The translations under genes were made by a program, and so were the position numbers. Shown piece by piece: positions 1 through 9,928 of a DNA stretch of 64,000 nt. The first letter of the stretch is position 1, and each line of letters begins with the position of its first letter. The stretch lies in the sequence record DRR723986_13572. One strand, written 5' to 3'. The notes under the pieces were generated by a model that saw nothing but the letters and a program-made list of their open reading frames with translations, made no database searches and had not been told where the DNA came from.

Positions 1-1919
1 TTTTCGGTCATGGATTTATCGAGCTCGTTTCTGACCAACCATTTATAAGATGGCATTATAGAACCACTAGACGTACTTTGCGGATCGTACATATGGTTTA
101 AGTGCCAGTTATCAGAGTATTTTCCACCCACACGGTGTAAATCTGGTCCAGTACGTTTACTTCCCCAAAGGAATGGGTGGTCATAGACAAATTCACCAGC
201 TTTTGAATATTCACCATAACGTTCTACCTCACTTCTAAACGGACGAACCATTTGAGAGTGACAACCCACACATCCTTCTCTTATATAGATATCTCTACCT
301 TCAAGTTCTAATGGTGTATACGGTTGTACACTGCTTATCGTTGGTATGTTAGATTTAACAACAATGGTTGGTATAATCTGAACAACACCACCTATTAAGA
401 TAGCTATAGTAGCATATATAGTAAGTAAAACTGGTTTACGCTCTAACCAGGTGTGCCATCCTTCTCCGGCTGCACGTCTCTTTGAGACACGTTGTAATGC
501 TGGTGCTTCGGCTAACTCATCTGTTACTTTATTATTTGATCTAGAAACAGTCATTATAACATTATACACTAAAATGAGCATACCAGAAATGTAAAGTGTA
601 CCACCAATAGCACGCATCCAGTACATTGGCATAATTTCAGTTACTGTTTCTAAGAAGTTACCATATACTAAAGATCCATCTGGATTAAATTGTTTCCACA
701 TACTCGCTTGTGCGAAACCAGCAACATACATTGGTAATGCATATAATATAATACCTAAAGTACCTATCCAGAAATGAACATTTGCCAGACCAACTGAGAA
801 TAATTTTGTTTTAAATAAACGTGGTATTAACCAATAGATGATACCAAAAGCAAGGAATCCGTTCCATGCTAAGGCACCAACGTGAACGTGTGCAATAATC
901 CAATCCGTAAAGTGGGCAATGGCGTTTACATTTTTAAGTGATAGCATTGGCCCTTCAAAAGTGGCCATACCATAACCAGTAATAGCAACTACCATAAATT
1001 TAAGTACAGGGTCTGTACGTACCTTATCCCAAGCTCCACGTAAGGTTAATAAACCATTAATCATACCTCCCCAAGAAGGTGCAATTAACATTACTGAAAA
1101 CGCAACACCTAAATGTTGTGCCCATTCTGGTAAAGCTGTATATAATAAATGGTGAGGACCTGCCCAGATATATATGAAAATTAGAGACCAGAAGTGAACA
1201 ATAGATAGTCTATAGGAATATACTGGTCGGTTGGCTGCTTTAGGTACAAAATAATACATTAGTCCTAAGAATGGTGTAGTAAGGAAGAAAGCAACTGCAT
1301 TGTGACCATACCACCATTGTACTAAGGCATCTTGTACACCTGCATAAACTGAATAACTTTTTAATCCACTAACAGGTAATTCTAAACTATTAAATATATG
1401 TAAGACTGCTACTGTAACGAATGTTGCTAAATAAAACCATATAGCAACATATAAGTGACGCTGACGACGCTTTAAAATTGTACCAATCATATTAACACCA
1501 AAGGCCACCCAAATTAAAGCAATGGCGATATCAAAAGGCCATTCTAATTCTGCATATTCTTTAGATGTTGTATAGCCTAGAGGTAGTGTTATTGCGGCAC
1601 CAACAATTAATAGTTGCCACGCCCAAAAGTTGAAGTTACTTAAAAGGTCGCTGAACATTCTAGCCTTAAGTAGACGTTGTAGCGAATAATAAACACCAGC
1701 AAAAATTGCATTACCTACAAAGGCGAAAATTACAGCGTTGGTATGTAATGGTCTTAAACGGCCAAAACTTAACCACGAAATACCGTCGGTCATATTTGGG
1801 AATAAAAACATAAAGGCCAGTATTAGACCTATAAGCATCCCAACAACTCCCCAAAGTATGGTGGCGTAAAGGAATTTTTTAACGATTTTGTTATCGTAAT
1901 AAAATTGTTGCATTTCCAT
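1..1919 (-). CDS. ccoN: cbb3-type cytochrome c oxidase subunit I/II fusion (CcoN-CcoO), 3' end outside window
   Basis: Manual translation from ATG at 1919: [16 protein letters not shown]...; heme-copper motifs QWWYGHNAV and WAGPHHLLY, then c-heme motif EGCVGCHSQ near 250-275. Not in the ORF track because it runs off the edge. Confidence 0.95.
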   Translation of the reverse strand, partial: MEMQQFYYDNKIVKKFLYATILWGVVGMLIGLILAFMFLFPNMTDGISWLSFGRLRPLHTNAVIFAFVGNAIFAGVYYSLQRLLKARMFSDLLSNFNFWAWQLLIVGAAITLPLGYTTSKEYAELEWPFDIAIALIWVAFGVNMIGTILKRRQRHLYVAIWFYLATFVTVAVLHIFNSLELPVSGLKSYSVYAGVQDALVQWWYGHNAVAFFLTTPFLGLMYYFVPKAANRPVYSYRLSIVHFWSLIFIYIWAGPHHLLYTALPEWAQHLGVAFSVMLIAPSWGGMINGLLTLRGAWDKVRTDPVLKFMVVAITGYGMATFEGPMLSLKNVNAIAHFTDWIIAHVHVGALAWNGFLAFGIIYWLIPRLFKTKLFSVGLANVHFWIGTLGIILYALPMYVAGFAQASMWKQFNPDGSLVYGNFLETVTEIMPMYWMRAIGGTLYISGMLILVYNVIMTVSRSNNKVTDELAEAPALQRVSKRRAAGEGWHTWLERKPVLLTIYATIAILIGGVVQIIPTIVVKSNIPTISSVQPYTPLELEGRDIYIREGCVGCHSQMVRPFRSEVERYGEYSKAGEFVYDHPFLWGSKRTGPDLHRVGGKYSDNWHLNHMYDPQSTSSGSIMPSYKWLVRNELDKSMTE

Positions 1920-1965
1920 ATTAATTGTATTAGTCAGTTTTTGTATTAATTGATTCTATATTTTG

Positions 1966-2115
1966 TTATTTTACAAGTTCATCTTCAAACAGCATACGTA
2001 CAGATGGCGTATAGCTATCATCATATTGACCAGATTTAACTGCCATTAAAAAAATGATAAAAAAAGCTATGCCAACAATGACGCTAACCGTTAAAACAAT
2101 GTATATAACACTCAT
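1966..2115 (-). CDS. ccoS: cbb3 oxidase maturation protein CcoS (49 aa)
   Basis: Manual translation MSVIYIVLTVSVIVGIAFFIIFLMAVKSGQYDDSYTPSVRMLFEDELVK*; single TM helix plus GQYDD motif; lies between ccoI and ccoN. Confidence 0.9.
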   Translation of the reverse strand: MSVIYIVLTVSVIVGIAFFIIFLMAVKSGQYDDSYTPSVRMLFEDELVK

Positions 2116-2162
2116 ACCTATTTGAAGTTATGGCTCAAAAATAAAGCTGACCCTTTTTTTAA

Positions 2163-2182
2163 AACATGACTTTTATCATGTT
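2163..2182. promoter_or_regulatory. Putative Crp/Fnr-family operator upstream of ccoS-ccoNO
   Basis: Inverted repeat AACATGA-CTTTTA-TCATGTT (core ATGAC-N4-ATCAT), FNR-box-like geometry. Confidence 0.65.
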
Positions 2183-2189
2183 GATTTTT

Positions 2190-4565
2190 TTATTTCAATT
2201 TTTTACCTAAAATGTTAGTACAGATGGTTGTGAAAACAACTATACTAATTGAACTTAAAGGCATTAAAATTGCAGCTACTACAGGCGCTAACTGACCTGT
2301 AACAGCAAAGTATAAGCCTATAACATTATAGATAAAAGAGAGTAAAAAACTCCATTTGATTATTTTTATCGCAGATTTTGAAGTCATTATGTAATTGTAC
2401 AACTCCTTAAATTTTGTTGCATCTAAAATAGCATCACAAGCAGGAGAAAAGACATTAACATCCTCAGAAATTGCTATTCCAACATTACTTTGTGCTAAAG
2501 CACCAGCATCATTTAAACCATCTCCAATCATAAGTACTTTGGCACCTTCAGATTGATGAAATTTGATATAATCTAATTTATCTTCTGGCTTCTGATTAAA
2601 AATTAGCTTTGTTTTAGTGGGTAATAATTTTTTTAAGTTCTCCCTTTCACCTTCGTTATCGCCAGATAGTATAACAAGATCAAATTGTTGCTTTAGAGTA
2701 TTGAATAGTTTTGAAACTCCTTTTCTATAACTATTATAAAAGGTGAATTTTCCTTTATAATCATTATTGCTACTTATATGAACGGTTGTATTTAAAACTT
2801 TAGCCTCACCAGAAGCTCCTACAAAATTTGCAGATCCAATTTTAAGATTTACATCTCCATGTTTAGCTTCAATTCCTTTGCCAATATGCTCTTTATAATT
2901 GTCTAAAGTAACAATGTTATGCTCGTCTAGAATGCTATATAATGTTCGACTTAATGGATGGTTTGATCCTCTTAACGAGTTTTTTAAAACTATACTCTCT
3001 GCATTATTAAGTTGTATACCTTCATACTCTGCATTACTATTTTTATTTGAAGTAATTGTACCAGTTTTATCAAAAATCACAGTGTTTACCTGTGCTAGTT
3101 GTTCAATAACGCTGGCATTTTTAATGTAAAATTTTAGCTTGCCAAAGATGCGTAATAGATTTCCAAAAGTAAATGGTGCCGATAATGCTATAGCACAAGG
3201 ACAAGCAATGATTAAAACAGCTGTAAACACATTCATGGCTTTACTTGCGTCTGTAAACAACCAAAATGCAGTTGCAATGCATGCAATAGTTAAAATTGCA
3301 ATAGTAAAATGCTTACTTATGGTATTAGTAATATTTGTAAAAGCGTCTTCTTTATTTTTATTGAAGACATCATTACTCCATAATTGCGTTAGATAACTTT
3401 GCTCAACAGATTTTATAGCTTCAAGTTCAATAACACCAGAAGTCTGTTTGCCACCAGCAAACAACTTATCACCTGATTGTTTTGATACTGTTTGAGATTC
3501 ACCAGTGACAAAACTATAATCTATTCTTGCTTTTCCATTGATTAAAATTCCATCTACAGGAATTAACTCTTCGTTTCGGATTAAGAGTCGATCCCCTTTT
3601 TTAATGTCATAGACCTGTATAGAATCTTCATTTCCATTTTTATCAATTTTCGTGATAGCAATAGGGAAGTAAGATTTGTAATCCCGTTCAAAAGATAAAA
3701 AATCATATGTTTTTTGTTGAAAAAATTTGCCAACCAATAGAAAGAATACTAAGCCAGCTAAACTATCAAAAAACCCAGAACCAATATCAAATGTAATTTC
3801 AGCTGTGCTTCTTATAAATAATACAGTAATACCTAAGGCTATAGGTACATCAATATTCAAAAGCTTCGCTTTTAATCCTTTGTAAGCAGAAATAAAATAA
3901 TCTTGGGCAGAGTAAAATACAACAGGAACAGATAGGCCAAACATTAACCAGCGAAACATATGTTTGTATTGTTCTAACCAGTATTCATTAATTTCAAAAT
4001 ATTCAGGGAAGGATAGAAACATTATGTTTCCAAAAGCAAATCCGGCAACGCCTAGTTTATAAATAAGAGTTCTATTAATATGCTTTTTCCCAGATTTAAA
4101 ATCATCTAAACTAATATAAGGCTCGTAACCAATAGAACTTAAGAGTAATACGACTGACTTTAAATCAGTTCTTTCAGAATTATAAGTTACTCTTACTGTT
4201 TTCTTTCCAAAATTAACTTGCGAATCAGAGATATTAGGATTTAACTTATTTAAATTTTCTAAAATCCAAATACAAGAGCTACAATGTATATGAGGAATAT
4301 AAAGAGTGCTAATTTCAATTGAGTCGCTTCTAAATTCAGTAAGCTTTTCAATGATGTTTTCTTGTGATAAAAAGTCATATTTACCTTCAATTTCTTTAGG
4401 AATTGCTCCTGGTGCATTCTCTAAATCATAGTAACATGTCAGGTCATTTTCATTAAAAATCTCAAAAACAGTTTTACAACCGTTGCAACAAAAAGACTTT
4501 TCTTGAAATGTAATTGTGTGATTACCACAGTCATCACCACAATGAAAACAAGTGTTGTTTTTCAT
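2190..4565 (-). CDS. ccoI: P1B-type heavy-metal (copper) ATPase, CcoI/FixI-like
   Basis: N-terminal CxHC/CCxGC, HCSSC metal-binding domain, TGES, CPC, DKTGT, GDGLND motifs; cco context. Confidence 0.9.
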   Translation of the reverse strand: MKNNTCFHCGDDCGNHTITFQEKSFCCNGCKTVFEIFNENDLTCYYDLENAPGAIPKEIEGKYDFLSQENIIEKLTEFRSDSIEISTLYIPHIHCSSCIWILENLNKLNPNISDSQVNFGKKTVRVTYNSERTDLKSVVLLLSSIGYEPYISLDDFKSGKKHINRTLIYKLGVAGFAFGNIMFLSFPEYFEINEYWLEQYKHMFRWLMFGLSVPVVFYSAQDYFISAYKGLKAKLLNIDVPIALGITVLFIRSTAEITFDIGSGFFDSLAGLVFFLLVGKFFQQKTYDFLSFERDYKSYFPIAITKIDKNGNEDSIQVYDIKKGDRLLIRNEELIPVDGILINGKARIDYSFVTGESQTVSKQSGDKLFAGGKQTSGVIELEAIKSVEQSYLTQLWSNDVFNKNKEDAFTNITNTISKHFTIAILTIACIATAFWLFTDASKAMNVFTAVLIIACPCAIALSAPFTFGNLLRIFGKLKFYIKNASVIEQLAQVNTVIFDKTGTITSNKNSNAEYEGIQLNNAESIVLKNSLRGSNHPLSRTLYSILDEHNIVTLDNYKEHIGKGIEAKHGDVNLKIGSANFVGASGEAKVLNTTVHISSNNDYKGKFTFYNSYRKGVSKLFNTLKQQFDLVILSGDNEGERENLKKLLPTKTKLIFNQKPEDKLDYIKFHQSEGAKVLMIGDGLNDAGALAQSNVGIAISEDVNVFSPACDAILDATKFKELYNYIMTSKSAIKIIKWSFLLSFIYNVIGLYFAVTGQLAPVVAAILMPLSSISIVVFTTICTNILGKKLK

Positions 4566-4621
4566 TTTTATTTGCTCATTTATACCTGTAACAAAGGTGA
4601 CATATATGCATAGTTTAAAAT

Positions 4622-4635
4622 ATGATATTTGTCAT
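4622..4635. promoter_or_regulatory. Putative Crp/Fnr-family operator in the ccoI/fnr divergent promoter
   Basis: ATGATATTTGTCAT = reverse complement ATGAC-AAAT-ATCAT, same core as the site at 2166-2179. Confidence 0.6.
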
Positions 4636-4673
4636 GTAATTATTATATTTGAAACTATCACAAAACAATAGGT

Positions 4674-5351
4674 ATGAGTAAATGTGAATCTTGTATTATT
4701 AAGGAGTTTAATGCTTTAAAATCTCTTACAAGAGAAGAATTAATGCGGGTTTCCGCCTGTAAGACAGGTAAGATATACAGAAAAGGTCAAGTCATTTTTG
4801 AAGAAGGGGAAACGATTAATGGTGTATACTGTGTGAAGGATGGTGTTTGTAAATTGACAAAATTGAGTGAAAATGGAAAAGATCAGGTTGTAAAGTTAGT
4901 GGTTAAGGGAGGTTTATTAGGTAAACGATCTTTAGTAACTGAACAGAAAACCAATCTTAGTGCCGTGGCTTTAAATGACATGGAGATGTGTTTTATTCCA
5001 AAGAGTGAAATTATAAATGACCTACAGAAGAATCCAAAATTTACAATGGATGTTTTGAAGAAAATGGCTGAAGATTTAAAGGTTTCTGATGAGTCGTTAG
5101 TTAATATGGCTCAGAAATCTGTTAAGCGCAGAATGGCTGAAATTTTAATGTACATCAATAACGATTTTGGTACAGATGATGATGGCTTTTTAAGCATTGT
5201 ATTATCTCGTGAAGATTATGCAAGTATGGTTGGTACGGCAACAGAGTCGGCTATTAGAATTCTTTCTCAATTTAAAAAAGAAGGTTTAATTTCTACAAAG
5301 GGAAAACAAATTAAGATTGAAGATTTGAATGCCCTTAAGTGGATGGAATAA
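4674..5351 (+). CDS. Crp/Fnr family transcriptional regulator (FNR-like)
   Basis: N-terminal CxxC, cNMP-binding fold, C-terminal HTH (SREDYASMVGTATESAIR); divergent from ccoI. Confidence 0.9.
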   Translation: MSKCESCIIKEFNALKSLTREELMRVSACKTGKIYRKGQVIFEEGETINGVYCVKDGVCKLTKLSENGKDQVVKLVVKGGLLGKRSLVTEQKTNLSAVALNDMEMCFIPKSEIINDLQKNPKFTMDVLKKMAEDLKVSDESLVNMAQKSVKRRMAEILMYINNDFGTDDDGFLSIVLSREDYASMVGTATESAIRILSQFKKEGLISTKGKQIKIEDLNALKWME

Positions 5352-5385
5352 AAAAAATGCTCTAGTTATCTAGAGCATTTTTTTT
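5350..5385. terminator. Bidirectional intrinsic terminator
   Basis: A-tract, ATGCTCTAG-TTAT-CTAGAGCAT hairpin, T-tract between convergent genes. Confidence 0.85.
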
Positions 5386-5399
5386 ATAACTATTTCTGG

Positions 5400-8300
5400 T
5401 TAATCTAGACTAAAGGTCTTAATTTCTTTGAAAGGATTTAACTTTAAGGTTTTCATTGTGTTCTCATAAGTCTTCCATCCATTATTAAAGTAATTGTTAG
5501 TTTCCCCCAATAATTTATCTAATGCATCTTTAGCATGTTTTATTAAGGTTGTTTCTGTAGACGTTAGACCAGTTTGACTATTAAAAACATAACCTTGGGC
5601 AGTTCTTAGTCTCTGTAAAGGTGTAACTTCAGGATTTCTTGTAATTCCCTGGCGCTTGTCTATTTTACCCAAATACTTGTCAATGAGACTGTCTATAGAT
5701 GTAATTGCCTCTTTTGAAGCTTTAATTTGATCCTTGTAGGTCTCTTTATCAAGTTTTGATAATTCTTTCTTATAGCTCTCTGCAATCGATTTACTTTCTA
5801 CTAATTGTTTTACAGCTTCTGCTGCCGTTTGTTGCATTTGTTCTAATTGCTTAGCTGCAGAATAGACTTCATCAATATTTTTTTGCGACACCTTTAATCT
5901 TGGATCAGATTCAACTTTTATTGTTGTTTGAGATGTTTGGTCGCCATAATGCAACACAGCCTTATAAGTGCCTGGCTTTGCGGTTATTCCTCCTGGTTCT
6001 CTGGTTTGTTTTCTGATTCTTCGAGATGGTCTTGCAACGCCAGCTTCATCCATATACCACGTCCATTTGTGGACACCATTTTCTTTGGGTGCTTTACGTT
6101 TTAAAGTTCTTATTAAACGATCTCCATCATATAGTTTTAAGGTTAAAGAATCCCATTTGATATTATTTTCAAACATTTCAGAATCTAGGTCTTTTTCGGC
6201 CTTATCTTTCTTTGCTTGCTCTTTTTTATTAAAAAGGTAAGTGAACCTAGCACCACCACTACGATTTTCTCCATGATACATTGCATCCGCACCAAAGCGA
6301 CTTCCTGTTGGTTGTTGATATGCAGCTTGATATGATGTTGGTGGATTAAATAATTTAATATTTGAAGTCATTACAGCTTTATTCTTTGCCATTTCGCGTA
6401 GAGGTCTAATATCATCTAAGACCCAAGCTGCTCGTCCGAACGTTCCAATAACTAAATCATGCTCACGTGGATGTATTACTAAATCTTTTACTGATGTGGT
6501 AGGAAAGCCTTCTGTCCATTTGGTCCACTTTTCACCTGCATTAATTGATATATATAATCCGTCATCAGTTCCTAAAAACATAAGGTTTGGTTCTTCCAAA
6601 TCTTCAACTATAGCCAAAGTATAACTCTGTACGTCGTTTTCATCGACTATACGTTCCCAAGACTTACCGTAGTTTGTTGTTCTGTAGGCGTATGGAGTAT
6701 AATTAAAGCGCCTATAATCGTTAGCAATTAACAGTGCTTCACCTTTATTTTTGTTAGATGCTTTGATTTGAGCTATCCAACTACCTTCAGGCAAACCTTT
6801 AAGATTTTTGGTAACTTCAGTCCAACTATTTCCTCCATCAGTTGTATAGTGTACACGACCATCATCAGTACCTGCCCAAAGTATATCTTTTTCAACTACT
6901 GAGGGTTCAATTACTAAAACTGTACAATGGTTTTCTGCACCAGTAGCATCCATGGTTAAACCGCCACTTTCAGATTGTTTTTGTTTTTCAGGATCATTGG
7001 TAGACAAGTCAGGAGAGATGACTGTCCATGTCTCACCTTTGTCTGTGGATTTATGTACAAATTGACTTCCGAAGTAGATGGTGCTATTATCGAAAGGATC
7101 AATATTTATGGCAGAATTCCAGTTGAATCTTAATCTAATATCCGGATCTGGATGTGTTGGTCTCACACCATAATTATTCCCGGTTTGCCAATCGTAACGA
7201 CTTACAAATCCTTGTTGGCTCATTGACCACCCATAACGCGAATCATCTTTGTCTGGCACAACATCAAAACCATCACCAAAACTAATCTCTTGCCAATAGC
7301 TATTTCTAATACCTTGTGCACGCCACACATAAGCAGGACCTCTCCAAGACCCATTATCTTGCATTCCGCCATAGACATTGTAAGGATACTCATTATCTAC
7401 AGCAATATGGTAAAATTGAGCCACGGGTAAATTGCCGATAAAACGCCAGGATTTTCCACCATCTTTAGTGATGTTCATTCCGCCATCGTTACCATCAATA
7501 ATAAAACTACCATCATCTGGATGAATCCACCATGCATGATGATCTGGATGTACGCCATTACTCACGCCGTAAGCTGGCATTAATTGTGTAAAGTTTTTAC
7601 CACCATCTTCAGAAACATTCACATAAGTAAATACAGAATACACACGATTCTCATTGTGTGGATCTACATAGATTTCAGAATAGTAGAACGGACGATTACC
7701 GATATCACTTTTATCATTAATCTTTTTCCACTTAAAGCCGCCATCTTCACTTTTGTATAAGGCGTTCTTTTTGGCTTCAACCAAAGCATAAATAATATTT
7801 GGTTTATTCGGTGCAATAGCAACACCAATACGACCTAAATTGCCTTTCGGTAATCCATCTTCATCAGTTATTTTTTTCCAGGTTTCGCCTCCGTCATGAG
7901 TGATGTGTAACCCAGAACCTTCACCACCGGAATTAAAGAACCAAGGATCGCGTTTATGTTCCCATAGTGCTGCAATTAGTTTGTTAGGATTCGTTGGGTC
8001 CATAACTAAATCGGCTACACCTGTTTTATTATTGGCAAATAATATTTTATGCCAAGTTTTACCACCATCAGTCGTTTTAAACACACCACGTTCTGGATGT
8101 TCTCCCCAAGGAGATCCAATTGCACCTACATAAACAACATCTGGATTTGTTGGGTCTACTATTATACGATGGATGTGTCTAGTCTTCTCAAGACCCATAG
8201 CCATCCAGGTTTTTCCACCATCTAAAGACTTGTATACACCGTAACCACCATTTAATGAATTACGAGGATTTCCTTCTCCAGTACCTACCCAAATAACGCT

Positions 8301-8591
8301 TGGATTAGATTGTTGAATTTCAACAGCACCAATGGAAGCCGTTAGCTCATTGTCAAAAACAGGTTCCCATTTTATGCCGCCTGAAGTCGATTTCCATAGG
8401 CCTCCAGAAGCTGTGCCTACATACATTACGTCAGGATTATTTAAAACAACATCAATGGCAGTTACACGACCAGACATACCACCAGGACCAATATTTCTTG
8501 GTGCCATATTTTTGACCATGTCCATTGAAAATTCTTGTGCAGAAATGGTTGCTATGCAGATTAGCATTAGCAAGGATAAAATTCGTTTCAT
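5400..8591 (-). CDS. Secreted VPS10/sortilin-like BNR (Asp-box) repeat beta-propeller protein
   Basis: Signal peptide; RNIGPGGMSGRV start; many S/TxDGGxTW Asp-box repeats. Confidence 0.85.
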   Translation of the reverse strand: MKRILSLLMLICIATISAQEFSMDMVKNMAPRNIGPGGMSGRVTAIDVVLNNPDVMYVGTASGGLWKSTSGGIKWEPVFDNELTASIGAVEIQQSNPSVIWVGTGEGNPRNSLNGGYGVYKSLDGGKTWMAMGLEKTRHIHRIIVDPTNPDVVYVGAIGSPWGEHPERGVFKTTDGGKTWHKILFANNKTGVADLVMDPTNPNKLIAALWEHKRDPWFFNSGGEGSGLHITHDGGETWKKITDEDGLPKGNLGRIGVAIAPNKPNIIYALVEAKKNALYKSEDGGFKWKKINDKSDIGNRPFYYSEIYVDPHNENRVYSVFTYVNVSEDGGKNFTQLMPAYGVSNGVHPDHHAWWIHPDDGSFIIDGNDGGMNITKDGGKSWRFIGNLPVAQFYHIAVDNEYPYNVYGGMQDNGSWRGPAYVWRAQGIRNSYWQEISFGDGFDVVPDKDDSRYGWSMSQQGFVSRYDWQTGNNYGVRPTHPDPDIRLRFNWNSAINIDPFDNSTIYFGSQFVHKSTDKGETWTVISPDLSTNDPEKQKQSESGGLTMDATGAENHCTVLVIEPSVVEKDILWAGTDDGRVHYTTDGGNSWTEVTKNLKGLPEGSWIAQIKASNKNKGEALLIANDYRRFNYTPYAYRTTNYGKSWERIVDENDVQSYTLAIVEDLEEPNLMFLGTDDGLYISINAGEKWTKWTEGFPTTSVKDLVIHPREHDLVIGTFGRAAWVLDDIRPLREMAKNKAVMTSNIKLFNPPTSYQAAYQQPTGSRFGADAMYHGENRSGGARFTYLFNKKEQAKKDKAEKDLDSEMFENNIKWDSLTLKLYDGDRLIRTLKRKAPKENGVHKWTWYMDEAGVARPSRRIRKQTREPGGITAKPGTYKAVLHYGDQTSQTTIKVESDPRLKVSQKNIDEVYSAAKQLEQMQQTAAEAVKQLVESKSIAESYKKELSKLDKETYKDQIKASKEAITSIDSLIDKYLGKIDKRQGITRNPEVTPLQRLRTAQGYVFNSQTGLTSTETTLIKHAKDALDKLLGETNNYFNNGWKTYENTMKTLKLNPFKEIKTFSLD

Positions 8592-8713
8592 TATTATTTG
8601 GTTAGTTAAATGAAGTTAAAATTAATGAAAAGAAATTTTACAAATCTTAATGTGTTGTTAAGGTGTCGTAAAGGCTGTAGTAAAATTTAAAAAAGCATTA
8701 TTTTTACATAACA

Positions 8714-9859
8714 ATGAAAGAGAGTATTAAAAAATCAGGTTTTGTATTTAAAACTTATGAAGCTCCTAATCAATCTCCGTTTGAAAAGTTATTCGAAATC
8801 TTTAAAGAACTCATAACTTATACTTCTGGTGATTTTGATGAAGCTATAGATTGGTTACGTCAATTAGACAAAGAGTATGAATTGACAACTCCAGAATATA
8901 CTATAGATGACTTTATTGAAGATTTAAAAAACAAAGGCTACATCAGAGAGGAAATTGATCCTGCTAATGGTGATGGCACTGGAGATGGGAATGGCAGATT
9001 GACCATAACTGCGAAGACGGAACGAGCCATCCGTCAGCAAGCCTTAGATCACATATTCGGAAAAATAAAACGTAGTGGTTCTGGTAATCATAAAAGTAAA
9101 GGAGTAGGGCTTGGAGATGAACATACAGGTGATTTTAGAGCTTATCAGTTTGGCGATGCATTAGATAAGGTATCAATGACGGAAAGTTTGCGTAATGCCC
9201 AAATCAATCATGGTATTGGAGATTTTAATCTCACAGAAGATGATCTAGTTGTAGAGGAAACACTTCATAAAAGCCAGATGAGTACTGTGTTAATGATAGA
9301 TATTAGTCATAGTATGATTTTATATGGTGAAGATCGTATTACACCAGCTAAGAAAGTTGCTATGGCATTATCTGAGTTAATTACAACACGATACCCAAAA
9401 GATAGTATTGAAATATTGGTATTTGGCAACGATGCTTGGCCTATAAAAATTAAAGATTTGCCATATCTTAAAGTTGGACCTTATCACACCAATACAGTTG
9501 CAGGATTACAGTTAGCTATGGATATGCTTCGACGTAAACGAAATACTAATAAGCAGATATTTATGATTACGGATGGTAAACCAAGCTGTTTGAGATTACC
9601 AGATGGGCGGTATTATAAAAACAGTAATGGTCTAGATCCATATATTACCAACAAATGTTATGCTATGGCGCAGCAAGCCAGACGATTGCATATACCTATC
9701 ACTACATTTATGATTGCTGAAGATCCATATCTTATGCGATTTGTGCGTGAATTTACGCAAGCCAATAAGGGCAAAGCATTTTACACGGGATTAAAAGGAT
9801 TGGGAGAAATGATTTTTGAAGATTACGAGAATAACAGAAAGAGAAGAATTAAAGGATAA
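8714..9859 (+). CDS. vWA (MIDAS) domain protein
   Basis: DISHS MIDAS motif, TNT and ITDG motifs; directly upstream of an AAA+ ATPase. Confidence 0.85.
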   Translation: MKESIKKSGFVFKTYEAPNQSPFEKLFEIFKELITYTSGDFDEAIDWLRQLDKEYELTTPEYTIDDFIEDLKNKGYIREEIDPANGDGTGDGNGRLTITAKTERAIRQQALDHIFGKIKRSGSGNHKSKGVGLGDEHTGDFRAYQFGDALDKVSMTESLRNAQINHGIGDFNLTEDDLVVEETLHKSQMSTVLMIDISHSMILYGEDRITPAKKVAMALSELITTRYPKDSIEILVFGNDAWPIKIKDLPYLKVGPYHTNTVAGLQLAMDMLRRKRNTNKQIFMITDGKPSCLRLPDGRYYKNSNGLDPYITNKCYAMAQQARRLHIPITTFMIAEDPYLMRFVREFTQANKGKAFYTGLKGLGEMIFEDYENNRKRRIKG

Positions 9860-9871
9860 TAAAGGCGATTT

Positions 9872-9925
9872 GCTTTTAGCTGTTAGCCTTTTGCTAAAAG
9901 CCAAGAGCCAAAAGCCAAAAGCTAG
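9872..9925. repeat. 7-bp periodic repeat / inverted-repeat tract
   Basis: GCTTTTAGC TGTTAGC CTTTT GCTAAAAGC CAAGAGC CAAAAGC CAAAAGC: opposing heptamer arrays able to pair. Confidence 0.7.
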
Positions 9926-9928
9926 AAT

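Noticed and set aside
1-1919. CcoN-CcoO fusion as a novelty
   Set aside because: The fused subunit I/II is the usual arrangement in Bacteroidota.
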